From a virus, in IMG/VR virus record IMGVR_UViG_3300045988_069781, positions 32,001 through 96,000 of that record: DNA of 64,000 bases; one strand, given 5' to 3'. This document shows, in pieces, positions 49,301 through 58,756 of this stretch (its first letter is position 1; every line of letters begins with the position of its first letter). A program made the position numbers and the translations under genes. The notes below the pieces were generated by a model. It had not been told where the DNA came from, searched no databases, and saw nothing but the letters and a program-made list of their open reading frames with translations.

Positions 49301-50432
49301 CGTGATTAGTTGGTATATCTTTAGTACTTATTTCTGAAGTAGAAAATGTTATAGAATCTTGTCCAGATGTAGAAGTTAATAATATTTGACCATTCTTATT
49401 ACATCTATATGCTCTAGCATCAAATTCATCATCACTAATATCCCAGGTTTGTTCAGTGATATTAGCCGCAAATAACATATTGTCTTTAGATTCTATTACT
49501 TTGGGAGTAAACAAATAAGTACTTAAACCATTGAATTCTTCTAGAGTAAGCTCATCAATAACTGAACCACCTTTATCTTCATACACTAAAGTATTATTTG
49601 AAATACTTATTTCATCTATTACTGTGATAACTGGTTCTGCAGTATTACTAGAGTAATATAGAGAGATTATTCTAGCTCTACTAAAAGAGTTAGTATCAAC
49701 AGTAGTCTGTAGTTTAATGGACCTATTAGTAGTTTCTTCTTTAGAACTACCATAGATATCTTGGCTGTTAGTATTTTCTAAACTTCTAGATACTGTAATA
49801 ATTGGAGATAAAACAGATATGGACGTTTCAGATGTTCTGGGATTAAACAATTGATAACAATATTGATACTTACCTGCTTTCAATCCACCTGTACCTAAAC
49901 CTTTAAAGAATAAAGGTGGTAATTGACTCTTTGGTGATATGTTTAAAGAGTCTACATTAAGATTAGGATGAGTTGTAGCTACATTCAATACTCTAATCTG
50001 ATGTACACCATCACACCAGTATATCTTAACTAAATCGTCAGATTCCCATTTACAAACACTACTAACAGCATAATGACCATCTATAATAGGAATATCCAAT
50101 GCTACATTGGACGCTACTGTAGTCACTATAGGTTCAGTTTCAGATGCACCAAAATCGTATCTATAGATATTGAAGTTACTACCTTTCTTAGTAAACACAA
50201 TTGCCCAATCCCTAATTGTATTTGTATGGACTATTGTTTCACCATTCAAAGTCAATGTAGGATTGAGCTTACGAACGCCTTCAATATTCTGCATTACTCC
50301 AGTAGAACTATTATCATTGGCAATAATACGTATATTTTCTGCCCATTGATACTGGTCTGAACTTATGACTGAATAATCTAAGTCACAATTCATACCCTTT
50401 GTCCACGTGTTTGTTTGTCTTTGTGCATTCAT
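46308..50432 (-). CDS. large tail-associated structural protein
   Basis: 1374-aa uninterrupted ORF. Function inferred from position only. Confidence 0.8.
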   Translation of the reverse strand: MNAQRQTNTWTKGMNCDLDYSVISSDQYQWAENIRIIANDNSSTGVMQNIEGVRKLNPTLTLNGETIVHTNTIRDWAIVFTKKGSNFNIYRYDFGASETEPIVTTVASNVALDIPIIDGHYAVSSVCKWESDDLVKIYWCDGVHQIRVLNVATTHPNLNVDSLNISPKSQLPPLFFKGLGTGGLKAGKYQYCYQLFNPRTSETSISVLSPIITVSRSLENTNSQDIYGSSKEETTNRSIKLQTTVDTNSFSRARIISLYYSSNTAEPVITVIDEISISNNTLVYEDKGGSVIDELTLEEFNGLSTYLFTPKVIESKDNMLFAANITEQTWDISDDEFDARAYRCNKNGQILLTSTSGQDSITFSTSEISTKDIPTNHDCICPANYDDTSQYLYAPDATGKYVYGGIGKNISYRFIKTNLIESDAPTSRTGFAEDSFSLNSKARSTSTLDLYNIEEDGSWSDAGSLSFADATAKVLNYSNSEVESMARGYMRDEIYRFAIVFYNEENVASSAHWIADIRMPKASAPGYNIFTSGMRVDIGGSTTNSLEVVTHPLGVQFTINIPSDLIQSKKITGYEIVRCERTISDRTILMQGAVSCVCNYDNTNQLTAFPYLTYSTSHGLVSQNNKYAHAFDFSSQNASEYFLFISPEICVNRENAAEVAGRATEIKGIYRLRSSITPDPDMGNGTPANDRVKPEGEKAKVLVGAKASKHDLKNVTTNTGNSWAKNSGWAYTRVGAFGDSMKGSDADNAIYMGAESWYDATLAKYYNKVTTGGYNSATIQDITIATNTEPFDLDDDAWKTKATNVGSMVYYNWVYGDVSRATDYDDNNVRKVGPHGICAIFQSIDMTSRNTMIGEVPELAAGPESANAILIANLRQSVTPYGGNSYATRQNSVYISTGSYVNAKDNSNTKVNVFGGDTYVGVLDYANCMFAYHNASDNYEQPDNERIRAYNGAYIPLESSINLSLRTDTVGTAKTYESGTGYANHFVENDIVQVGSIYVQNTPLYAYNDAYSAQPRAKNYVSKSIYSIDNLHTDTRVMNSEPKTNLEVTDSWTKFRVANYLDVDTRFGSINNLKLFKNNLLFWQTDAFGTLAVNERSLIQDNNAGALTLGTGGVLTRFDYFTTKNGSKENQLRTATQSDSTVYWYDADRNEICGFDNQLRTVSKLKGVQSYLHDNKDIITNDPISVYDKKYNEVLLTLEDKTLVFNEQVGAFTSFYTYRPDWYAEFTDKLMIYKNLAVYKYNSGNELDMFTGKDKISYVRFIVNDKYPQTKTFDNVEYGGDFTYDTNFDNIYFETKRQTSFTLTQDDIDYREDTYKFCVPRSSRELNEAEELVNKSYRDRMKGKYLICHYKYDCNGGNTFKVPYISTAYRYSLI

Positions 50433-51376
50433 TATATAGTAGCATTATAAATTATTTGACGTTCCCCAGTATGACTATAAAAAGAATTATGGTCTCTAAA
50501 TTCAGGTACAATTTTATTCCAATTGTTTTTTATAGATTCTAGACCATCTTCATTAGGCATTAATGCTTCAGCATATGCTTGATTCCTATAGAAATTCCAA
50601 GATCTACGAATATCATAATACACTTCCCTATTCATTCTGCCATTAAGATACTCTGGGTATTTCATTTTCATTGTAACATACCAGTAAATAGCTTCTTTAT
50701 AAGACATTAAGTCTGGTATCAACGGATAACTTTCTTCATCAGTAGGTATAGCACTGTATGATAACTTTAAGTAACCATTAGGTACATTAGTCATTATAAA
50801 ACCTGGTTTCACGGTATATTGAAAACCTAAACTAGGATTTGTGGAGCTTATAGAATTTAAACTGTGAATATCATAAGTATGCAAATTAATTAAATTTGAT
50901 AAGATAGTTCTAAGATTTTGATTACTATTAATCATTTCAATAGCTTCAGTCTTATCAATATTTCCGTACATATCAACCACCAGATTCACCAAAGTATCAT
51001 TCTGAATGATCATTTCCGGAGTAAGACATTCACAGTTTTTATTTTCACAGCAATTGTCACCACATCCCCAAACAGCAAATGATCCTGTTGCTTTCCTCAT
51101 AGGAAACCAAGGACCATTGCAATTAAATGAGTATGCCACTTGATGCAATTGATGTAGATCACAAGGCAGTGGAGCTTGATGACAATTGATCTTTACTGCG
51201 GGAACTCCCTCAACACCGGTAACTTTAGGTATAAATTGAGTAATAGCACCTATTTGTTCAATAGCTTCTCCACACCATTCTGTGATATCACTAATCTTAG
51301 TGTCATCTTCTTTGAGATCTAGGTCTGCTATGATCTTTGCTATTACAGTCTTTACAGATGTTAATTTTGTAATCAT
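50432..51376 (-). CDS. structural protein with a Cys-rich segment
   Basis: 314-aa ORF containing WGCGDNCCENKNCEC. 1-nt overlap with the downstream gene. Confidence 0.7.
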   Translation of the reverse strand: MITKLTSVKTVIAKIIADLDLKEDDTKISDITEWCGEAIEQIGAITQFIPKVTGVEGVPAVKINCHQAPLPCDLHQLHQVAYSFNCNGPWFPMRKATGSFAVWGCGDNCCENKNCECLTPEMIIQNDTLVNLVVDMYGNIDKTEAIEMINSNQNLRTILSNLINLHTYDIHSLNSISSTNPSLGFQYTVKPGFIMTNVPNGYLKLSYSAIPTDEESYPLIPDLMSYKEAIYWYVTMKMKYPEYLNGRMNREVYYDIRRSWNFYRNQAYAEALMPNEDGLESIKNNWNKIVPEFRDHNSFYSHTGERQIIYNATI

Positions 51377-51385
51377 ATTGTATAA

Positions 51386-51844
51386 TTATAATTCGATGTA
51401 ATCTCTTACATGCTGCTTTAATATTTGTGCCAGACGTCTCTTATTATCCCTAGTCATTATCAGTTGATATTTTGTTTTATTCTTAGTAAGCATATTCTGT
51501 TTATTCCAATAATAACGATACTTATATCCCCCAGTATGTTCATTCAAATGGTATATGATCTTATCATACTTCTTACTTTCAGCATAATCCATTCTCAAAC
51601 TTTTACCAGTATATTCTTTAGGTTTATGCTTTACTATGGATAATGTACCCATTCTACAAGGTAATCTGACTTCTTTTCCGTTTTCAATTATCTCGTCTCT
51701 TAAGTATCTAAAGTAATCTGAAACAATTTGTCTAAATACTTTATAAGAAACCTGATATAATGGATTGTCTTCTACGTAATTACAATAACTATCATAGAAA
51801 TCAGCAATCGTATAAGCTTTTCTATTGTATTTAGTTTCTTGCAT
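51386..51844 (-). CDS. small basic protein, possibly HU/IHF-like DNA-binding protein (tentative)
   Basis: 152-aa ORF. Its position between tail genes matches the IHF-like gene of crAss-like phages. No decisive motif. Confidence 0.4.
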   Translation of the reverse strand: MQETKYNRKAYTIADFYDSYCNYVEDNPLYQVSYKVFRQIVSDYFRYLRDEIIENGKEVRLPCRMGTLSIVKHKPKEYTGKSLRMDYAESKKYDKIIYHLNEHTGGYKYRYYWNKQNMLTKNKTKYQLIMTRDNKRRLAQILKQHVRDYIEL

Positions 51845-52487
51845 TCAGGTCGTTGTTAACGTCGTTTGTACTATTGTTTGTGGTGTCACTAGGGACTCGT
51901 AACATGATATTCAATTCTCTTTCAAATATCATCTGTTTAATTATAGGTATCATATTTGCTGGTACCGGATATGGAGTATCATCTCTATCAAAACACTCAC
52001 CAGCTTGGGTAGGATCTTCTAATATACCTTCTATTTTAACATATTCTAAGTGTTCAGGACCAAGTATATACAGATGATTACCTTTTATATAAGCAATGTA
52101 ATCACTGCAAGTATATTTTCTACTTACTTGATATTTAGCTTTGGTTTCTGTACCTAATTGAATTAAATCACCATTCATATCTTTTACAGCAACCAAACCT
52201 AAACCAAAATGTAAGTCAATAAAATTAGGTATCTCTTCATCTGATTTGTAGTTATAACCACCAGTACAATTACTTACTTTGGATATGTGTAAAGGCCCAA
52301 TAGTTTGTATATACTCTGGATTTATATCTCTACCCTTATCTAGATCCTGTTTAATTAAATATGCTCTATATTGATGTATCCATTGCTCTATCTGTATGCG
52401 GGATAAGTTCTCAGATTCACTGATATTGTTATCACGTATAATTAAAAGGATATCATCTATAATAGTATTCAATGAATTAAATGTCAT
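51831..52487 (-). CDS. structural protein (function unknown)
   Basis: ATG at 52487. The track start 52523 is TTG. Confidence 0.65.
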   Translation of the reverse strand: MTFNSLNTIIDDILLIIRDNNISESENLSRIQIEQWIHQYRAYLIKQDLDKGRDINPEYIQTIGPLHISKVSNCTGGYNYKSDEEIPNFIDLHFGLGLVAVKDMNGDLIQLGTETKAKYQVSRKYTCSDYIAYIKGNHLYILGPEHLEYVKIEGILEDPTQAGECFDRDDTPYPVPANMIPIIKQMIFERELNIMLRVPSDTTNNSTNDVNNDLNARN

Positions 52488-52761
52488 AATCTTCAGTATT
52501 TGCACTCCATTTATCTGAAGCAATTAAACTATTGAATTCTGTTGTTGCAGCTTCATATACTGGAAAAGGATAATTCGCAGTATTATTATTTTCATCTTCT
52601 TCCAGTGTCATTACAGGCGGAAACAACGTATCATAATGCTCGATATGAAGCATAACTTCTGTTCCATCTGTACTCATTCTTGGACTGTCTATACCTAATT
52701 TTTTCTTTATTTCTTCCGGTATAGTATCAAACAGTTCTCTTGGAATTACTATATATCTCAT
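52477..52761 (-). CDS. hypothetical protein
   Basis: 94-aa ORF. Confidence 0.6.
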   Translation of the reverse strand: MRYIVIPRELFDTIPEEIKKKLGIDSPRMSTDGTEVMLHIEHYDTLFPPVMTLEEDENNNTANYPFPVYEAATTEFNSLIASDKWSANTEDYDI

Positions 52762-52762
52762 C

Positions 52763-54865
52763 TTATTTTGATTTTAGGGTTTGTAAATAGTTGTAGGCTT
52801 TGATACAGTCGTCTTTGGAGAGGATCTGATTATTATAGATACCTAAATTCTTAAAAGCTATTTGTGCATAATTATTTAAGTTAAATCCTATATTCAAACC
52901 TGATTTAACGATCTTAAAATTTTGATCTGCGGTATATTCATACTCAACCCAATTTCGATCATATAATCTACCATCTGAGCAAATAGCATGCAATGATTTA
53001 GTTCCAAAACTTTGTAAACTACGTGGATTATTAATAGATATAAGCAATCCATTAGCAGTGTTATACAGATAAACATTTTGAGCTTTTACAATGCCACAAT
53101 TGATCTGAACATTTGATAACAATTCCCAATCTCCAACAATCGTCCAATCTTCGTTCATTGTAAAACTAGAGCTCTGAACTTTATCATCCACCCCATCAGT
53201 AACTAGATAGCCTTCGTATTCGGGGATTTGCTCAACTAAAACATCTACTTCTTGTGAAGAATTATAACATATACCATTTATCGAAGTTGCAGCATACTGT
53301 TTTTGGAAAGTATATATACCATCCTTGATTATTTTAATATAATCACCACTTTTATTTGCATTTCCAACTATACAGCTATCCCCTTCTTTCATACCTGTGA
53401 TACGTATCTTCCAGGCAGCAGAATTAGATGTATTTGATAAAACCAAAACATTACCGCTATTCCCAGTTCCGATTATTCTAAACGAATCTTTTTTTACATC
53501 TGTGGGCTTAACTACATTATCTCTAAGATCAAATGAGTTGAAATTATATGCATACAACCCATACCCACTCCCTTCTGCAAACCCAAAATTAGACAGTACA
53601 AGATCATTACCATTACCCGTAATATTTGTAATGGTAGCCCTGTCTGTGTCTTCGTTGGTTTTGCCGGTGACTGTCCATGCTTGGTCGGGAAAGAGCCAGG
53701 GATATTCCTGTTTGTAATAGTCTTGGATTTTTTGGAGTTCTTCTTCGGTGGCATCGTGATCGAGGATACAAATTTCCCAAACGGCTGCGTTGACATAATA
53801 GCTTCTGCTCCCCATTCTCCCTACATAAAAAATATCAACTCCTTTTTCTAAAGAACCAATATTTATAGCTTTACCATTATATGAAGTAGATGTTTGATAT
53901 GTGAAAGGCATAGAAAGCGTACCTGATTCAACGGTAGTATAGCCACCAAAGCTGAACGAACTTTTAGAACCCCTGTTAAAATCCTCAAAGACAAAAGCGC
54001 CATCAGTCCTATTGTTTCCATTCGTCATCAAACCATAAAATAGATTATCGTTAGGTGTGGTTATCCATTGTCTTAAAACCACAACCGTATATCCCTTTTC
54101 CTTAGTCAAAATAGGGAAATTCTCACAAACACCATAATCGTCTACTCCGTCAGAAACGAGTGCGCCGGGGTAGAGGGGAAGTTGTTCGATGGTAATATTG
54201 CAATCTATAGGATAGGTTTGGGACATCACTTTCCACTTCATATTATATCTACTATCGTAATCATACGACGGCAAAGTATATATACCATCGTTCTTTATTT
54301 CTATCCATAATTCTTTCCCATCATTAAATACACCATAATGCAAATATATATCATCCGTTAATCCTTTTATCAATACTTTGTACTCAACAGATTTAAGGCT
54401 TGCCCTTGTTTCAAATAACGCATTATTTGTTTTAGCACTTGTAATATGGATTGTATTATCAGTAACTTCACCTGTACCAAATGTCCCTTGAGTAATATAA
54501 TTTGCCCAAATGCTAGAATCACCCCAGTTTAATTTATATCCACCTACTCCGGACATCCCACCCCAAAGGAAGTTCTTCATTTGCAAGTCATGTCCATTAC
54601 CTGTCTTATCTACCCACACAGGATTTTCTTTCATCTGCTCATTAGTAAGACCGGAAGCGGAATATCTTGCAATCATACCAGGAATAGATGGGAAATCATC
54701 ATCGTCGCCTTCTGAAGTAGGGGTATAAAGACCATATTTACGTTGAGCTTGTTCTTCCATTAATTTCCTGTATTGCTCATACCAAGACTTATAATCTAAT
54801 ACAGGACCTGCTACACTTATAAGCTTATCTGTATCTTCTACATGTGTTTCATAATGTTTCTTCAT
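52763..54865 (-). CDS. tail fibre or receptor-binding protein with two LamG-like (concanavalin-type lectin) modules
   Basis: Internal duplication: ...ITIEQLPLYPGALVSDGVDDYGV... and ...LVEQIPEYEGYLVTDGVDDKVQ... The DGVDD signature is typical of Laminin_G_3 domains. Confidence 0.6.
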   Translation of the reverse strand: MKKHYETHVEDTDKLISVAGPVLDYKSWYEQYRKLMEEQAQRKYGLYTPTSEGDDDDFPSIPGMIARYSASGLTNEQMKENPVWVDKTGNGHDLQMKNFLWGGMSGVGGYKLNWGDSSIWANYITQGTFGTGEVTDNTIHITSAKTNNALFETRASLKSVEYKVLIKGLTDDIYLHYGVFNDGKELWIEIKNDGIYTLPSYDYDSRYNMKWKVMSQTYPIDCNITIEQLPLYPGALVSDGVDDYGVCENFPILTKEKGYTVVVLRQWITTPNDNLFYGLMTNGNNRTDGAFVFEDFNRGSKSSFSFGGYTTVESGTLSMPFTYQTSTSYNGKAINIGSLEKGVDIFYVGRMGSRSYYVNAAVWEICILDHDATEEELQKIQDYYKQEYPWLFPDQAWTVTGKTNEDTDRATITNITGNGNDLVLSNFGFAEGSGYGLYAYNFNSFDLRDNVVKPTDVKKDSFRIIGTGNSGNVLVLSNTSNSAAWKIRITGMKEGDSCIVGNANKSGDYIKIIKDGIYTFQKQYAATSINGICYNSSQEVDVLVEQIPEYEGYLVTDGVDDKVQSSSFTMNEDWTIVGDWELLSNVQINCGIVKAQNVYLYNTANGLLISINNPRSLQSFGTKSLHAICSDGRLYDRNWVEYEYTADQNFKIVKSGLNIGFNLNNYAQIAFKNLGIYNNQILSKDDCIKAYNYLQTLKSK

Positions 54866-54867
54866 AC

Positions 54868-55329
54868 TTATAAGTTATTTATTGTTATTGTTATTTGTTC
54901 TTTATTATCCATCGCCTTCTGAAGTAGGGGTATAAGCTTGTTATAAGCTACAGTAGAATTAGATATCCAATCTTCTTTCATCCCATCCCAAGTACCTACC
55001 AGTATACATCCACTTGAATCTTTGGCGCTAGAATTGCCCGTATGAATACGTATACCTAAGAAGTGAGGTACATTAAGTATCTCAGGCATAATACGCTTAA
55101 AACGGTTAGAATAGCTTAATTTCACCTCATACGTACCAGCAGGTACAGCAGTATCCCCATACACCTTTTCCTTGCATTTACATGCAATTCCTTTAGGTGT
55201 ATTAGGACATACTTCAGGTAATGGTCTTACTGGATCTTCAAGTGTATCCGATATATACGCACCATCTACATATAACTCCCCAATAGTATATTCATTAGTA
55301 CGAAATATTCTATCTAATCTGAGTTTCAT
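54868..55329 (-). CDS. DUF5675-like protein, candidate cell-wall-active enzyme
   Basis: TIGELYVDG...TLEDPVR...AVPAGTYEVKLSYSNRFKRIMPEILNVPHFLGIRIHTGNSSAKDSSGCILVG pattern. Adjacent to holin-like genes. Confidence 0.45.
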   Translation of the reverse strand: MKLRLDRIFRTNEYTIGELYVDGAYISDTLEDPVRPLPEVCPNTPKGIACKCKEKVYGDTAVPAGTYEVKLSYSNRFKRIMPEILNVPHFLGIRIHTGNSSAKDSSGCILVGTWDGMKEDWISNSTVAYNKLIPLLQKAMDNKEQITITINNL

Positions 55330-55844
55330 TATGCAGCAGGTGTTTCTAATGCAGCAACTCTCTTTTCTAAACCGTTTACTTTAAGAGTTAATGCAGCGAT
55401 TAATTCTCTTACTTCAGAATCATTATAATTAGTCAAACCAGCAAGTCTATTCTTTTCCTCAGTAGTATAATCGTTAGTGGATAAACCTTTACCGGTTTGT
55501 CTATCTACTTTACCTTCAATAAGTTTCGCATGTGTATTAATAACATCAATTAATTCAGGTAAACTATCCATAATTTCAGGAGCATCTCCAATTAAAGCAT
55601 CAATCTTAGCTTCAATTTCATTTTCACGTCCAGTTGCCCTACTTATTTCAGAAGTAAGATCACTTCTTAGATCTTTAATATCTGATGTGGCTGTATTATT
55701 TACATAAACCCAATCCTTACCATTAAAATATTTCAAATCACCACCGTTAGGATTAGATGCTAAATCAGCCCAATACTTAACAGATGCAGGATTAGGTTTA
55801 ATTGTACTCCCTAATATATCGTATTTATTATTATATGTATTCAT
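55329..55844 (-). CDS. coiled-coil fibre protein
   Basis: Contains the GKGLSTNDYTTEEKNRL motif common in phage fibre proteins and long heptad-like segments. Confidence 0.55.
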   Translation of the reverse strand: MNTYNNKYDILGSTIKPNPASVKYWADLASNPNGGDLKYFNGKDWVYVNNTATSDIKDLRSDLTSEISRATGRENEIEAKIDALIGDAPEIMDSLPELIDVINTHAKLIEGKVDRQTGKGLSTNDYTTEEKNRLAGLTNYNDSEVRELIAALTLKVNGLEKRVAALETPAA

Positions 55845-55860
55845 AAGTTATTAAAATAAA

Positions 55861-55886
55861 AAAGGTTGACTATTTAGTCAACCTTT
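55861..55886 (-). terminator. intrinsic terminator after 55892..56092
   Basis: AAAGGTTGAC / GTCAACCTTT 10-bp stem, loop of 6 nt, followed on the minus strand by TTTTATTTTAAT. Confidence 0.65.
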
Positions 55887-55891
55887 GTGTT

Positions 55892-56092
55892 TTAGATTTC
55901 AATTTGTTTCTCCTCAGCTTGAGGAACCTTTTCATTAACCTCTGGACGAACAGTAGTTACGTTTTGTAAAAGTTGCTTAAGCTCTTTCACTTCAGCTTTT
56001 AATTCATCAAGTTCTTTGAAATCTTTTGTCACATTGGTTGTTATGTCCGGAGTTGTATTAAGTAATTTTAAGATGTCTTCACATCTCCTCAT
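55892..56092 (-). CDS. small coiled-coil protein
   Basis: 66-aa ORF. Confidence 0.5.
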   Translation of the reverse strand: MRRCEDILKLLNTTPDITTNVTKDFKELDELKAEVKELKQLLQNVTTVRPEVNEKVPQAEEKQIEI

Positions 56093-56196
56093 CTCTTCAT
56101 CGTATTTTAATACGCTTTTCTTTTTAACTTTGCAGTCATTAAATGCATAGTTTCAATTTATTTATTGATTAATATTAAATTGAAATATTTTGCAAA

Positions 56197-56796
56197 TTAC
56201 TTTGTAATTTTGATAACTCGAGTATCTAATACTCTTATTAAATCATTAGAATTGATAATTTTGTAAGATTCGACTTTATCTTTTTTAAAGTCAAAATGTA
56301 TTAACCGTTGAAACCAGTTTTTATATTTCTTTCTATATACTTTTTCTTCGGTTATAAATAAATCTTGATGATTATATATTTCTGGAATACAGGTTATAAC
56401 TGAATCCATTCTATTTATTTTGATTGTAGTCAATGGATTTGACTGAAGTTCTACATTGAAGTTTCTATCTATAGGTATTGTCTTTACTATAGTGTCTGTT
56501 AATACTGTGGACATACTCATTACTTCTTTTAACTTCTTGTTCTTTATTTTAAGTTGATCTTGTGTTTTTGATAACTCTTGTATTAAACTATCTTTAGAAT
56601 GTTTGAAATCTTCTATACTAAGTTTTAATACTCTATTTTCATTTTGTTTATTACTTAGGATCGATTGATAAGATTCAATATTATTACGAGCATCTCCCAA
56701 CTCTTCATCCAGTTTATTTACTTTGTTTCTTAAGACATAATTGGATATTCCTAAGTAAGTTATAATGGTTATTATCAATACTCTAAGATAATTCAT
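56197..56796 (-). CDS. membrane-anchored coiled-coil protein (spanin-like, tentative)
   Basis: N-terminal TM segment LRVLIITIITYLGISNYVL followed by a coiled coil. Immediately downstream of the holin-like gene. Confidence 0.4.
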   Translation of the reverse strand: MNYLRVLIITIITYLGISNYVLRNKVNKLDEELGDARNNIESYQSILSNKQNENRVLKLSIEDFKHSKDSLIQELSKTQDQLKIKNKKLKEVMSMSTVLTDTIVKTIPIDRNFNVELQSNPLTTIKINRMDSVITCIPEIYNHQDLFITEEKVYRKKYKNWFQRLIHFDFKKDKVESYKIINSNDLIRVLDTRVIKITK

Positions 56797-56797
56797 A

Positions 56798-57343
56798 TCA
56801 TTTAATCTTTTTTACTAATTTCTTAATCTTTGGTAAATCTTCTTTGTCAATTGTGATATCTAAATATTTCTCACCTTTCTTCTTAATAAACTTGCTGAAT
56901 ATTTTCCACGGTCCAGTAGGATCTAATGTTTGCAAATTCTCTACCATTGACCATAGTTCTACACCAGCAACGAGACCAGCAAAGCCTTCAACTAAATGTG
57001 CATCAACAGATATTAATATGTATTCATCTACTAGATGACCACAGCTTATCATTAATGAACTAAAACAAAGCTTTTTAACAGTTGACCAAATTTTTCTAGA
57101 TTGGATTTTTTTTCCATTGTTTAATGAAACACGAATGCCTAATATCATATCAATGATTATCAGTATTCCTACTGCAACAATAGGTAACCAAATAGGCAAA
57201 AAGAAAGTACTCATAGCACCAGCTAAAGTAGTACTAATGCATGTAAAAAATTTAATTGGACCATCATTTATTAGTTCTTTAAAATAATTCACTGTAGAAA
57301 CACTTGAGGCTTTTATTATAATATCATTTATATATCTAAACAT
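56798..57343 (-). CDS. holin (Phage_holin_4_1-like)
   Basis: Multiple TM helices. IIDMILGIRVS..GKKIQSRKIWSTVKK and GVELWSMVENLQTL match the pattern of that holin family as recalled from memory. Confidence 0.55.
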   Translation of the reverse strand: MFRYINDIIIKASSVSTVNYFKELINDGPIKFFTCISTTLAGAMSTFFLPIWLPIVAVGILIIIDMILGIRVSLNNGKKIQSRKIWSTVKKLCFSSLMISCGHLVDEYILISVDAHLVEGFAGLVAGVELWSMVENLQTLDPTGPWKIFSKFIKKKGEKYLDITIDKEDLPKIKKLVKKIK

Positions 57344-57361
57344 GATTGAAGATTCGTAAAA

Positions 57362-57407
57362 CTTTGAAAAAACAAAACGCTAGACAATCTAAAAGAATGC
57401 TAGCGTT
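57362..57407 (-). terminator. intrinsic terminator after the fibre gene 57516..58754
   Basis: AACGCTAG (57376-57383) pairs with CTAGCGTT (57400-57407), an 8-bp stem. A minus-strand TTGTTTTTTCAAAGT tail follows. A second hairpin TCCTCTT/AAGAGGA lies at 57470-57486. Confidence 0.65.
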
Positions 57408-57515
57408 CTGAAAATTATATGATACTTAGAGCTTGATATATAAAGTAAACGATTGTGTCTAACAAAGGTTCCTCTTTGTAAGAGGACTATTACATACCTA
57501 ATAGCGGTTATTAAA

Positions 57516-58754
57516 TTATCTTTCTTTGAAGGGAAGAAGGGTAAAAGGTAAAACTGTATACCCGTCATCTTTACCTGGTTGAGTAGAAGCCCCGTTCGGC
57601 CAATAAAGTACCGCGTTATTATAAGCCCCATACTGGGTGCAAGTTTGAATAGATACACTTCCCCATAAAGGAAGACCCAACGTGTTCAAAATATCTTCCA
57701 CTTGTGTTTTGTAAGAATATAAAGTGGTTAACTCACCGAATGAAGGTAAATAACCAAACTGTTCGTTCTCAAACATATATGTTTTAACGTATTTTGCCGC
57801 AGGCGCATTGCTGGGATTTAATTGAAGCAGTATTGCATTGGTATAAATGAAACCATGTGTTGCTCTATATATGTTTTGAGTTCCTACACCACTACCTAAC
57901 ATTGGTACATTGGAAATCAAAGTACCTTGACCCCCAAAAGCATAACTTGCAGCACTTTTACTTGTCGACACCATAAACGAATTAGTATCGGTTGAAATGC
58001 CTATACCACATACATCAGATGTTCCTTTACCAGACGATACCCATTCTTCTTTTGTGTAACGATTATCGTCTTTATCATAGATATACACACCATTTGGAAC
58101 AGGATTGTATTCATAGGTACAGAAAGGACGAACATTAAAAATAGAAGTTTTAGTTGCGTCATACTGTACTGCAGAGTTCCAACCGACATAACAAGCTTGT
58201 CTTTCGTCACTTTGAGTTGAAGTCCAGTACGAATTACCTTCAATAGCCATTCCGCCAGCCGCACTAATAGAAGCTTCTATCATTACTTTATTTAATCGAG
58301 CTACATTCCATTGTCCACAAGAAGGCAAGAACCAAGAATAGGCACCAAATCCTTCTGTAGAATAAGCCGAACATTTATGAGCTGCCGTGCTCTGTGTCGG
58401 TAGTGCCAATACGATTTTTTGAGAATTTGTCTTGCCTGCAAAATCACAAAGAGCTAAAGATTCACTTTTTTCAGTTACTATACCCGAAATAAGTTCACTT
58501 GTTTGCGCCCAGGGTGACGTGTCTACCTCTCGCAAAGCAATAAAATCAAAATCCTTACTTCTTACATCAGTGATAACCCCAACACATGTTTTAGTACTAT
58601 CTAATTCAGCAGACCACGTTTTGTCACTATATACAAAATCACCGATTCCAGGACGCGGAAGAGGCTCTACTGGCCACACTTTAGTACTACCCAAATACAT
58701 AGCTTTTACTTCGGTAGTACCAACATATGCATTTTTAATATCTTTATTAGTCAT
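57516..58754 (-). CDS. putative tail fibre or receptor-binding protein
   Basis: 412-aa ORF within the fibre gene block. Function inferred from position. Confidence 0.55.
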   Translation of the reverse strand: MTNKDIKNAYVGTTEVKAMYLGSTKVWPVEPLPRPGIGDFVYSDKTWSAELDSTKTCVGVITDVRSKDFDFIALREVDTSPWAQTSELISGIVTEKSESLALCDFAGKTNSQKIVLALPTQSTAAHKCSAYSTEGFGAYSWFLPSCGQWNVARLNKVMIEASISAAGGMAIEGNSYWTSTQSDERQACYVGWNSAVQYDATKTSIFNVRPFCTYEYNPVPNGVYIYDKDDNRYTKEEWVSSGKGTSDVCGIGISTDTNSFMVSTSKSAASYAFGGQGTLISNVPMLGSGVGTQNIYRATHGFIYTNAILLQLNPSNAPAAKYVKTYMFENEQFGYLPSFGELTTLYSYKTQVEDILNTLGLPLWGSVSIQTCTQYGAYNNAVLYWPNGASTQPGKDDGYTVLPFTLLPFKER

Positions 58755-58756
58755 AG

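Noticed and set aside
57389-57658. Minus-strand 89-aa ORF overlapping the 3' end of the fibre gene
   Set aside because: It overlaps 57516..58754 out of frame and runs across the two terminator hairpins. Spurious.
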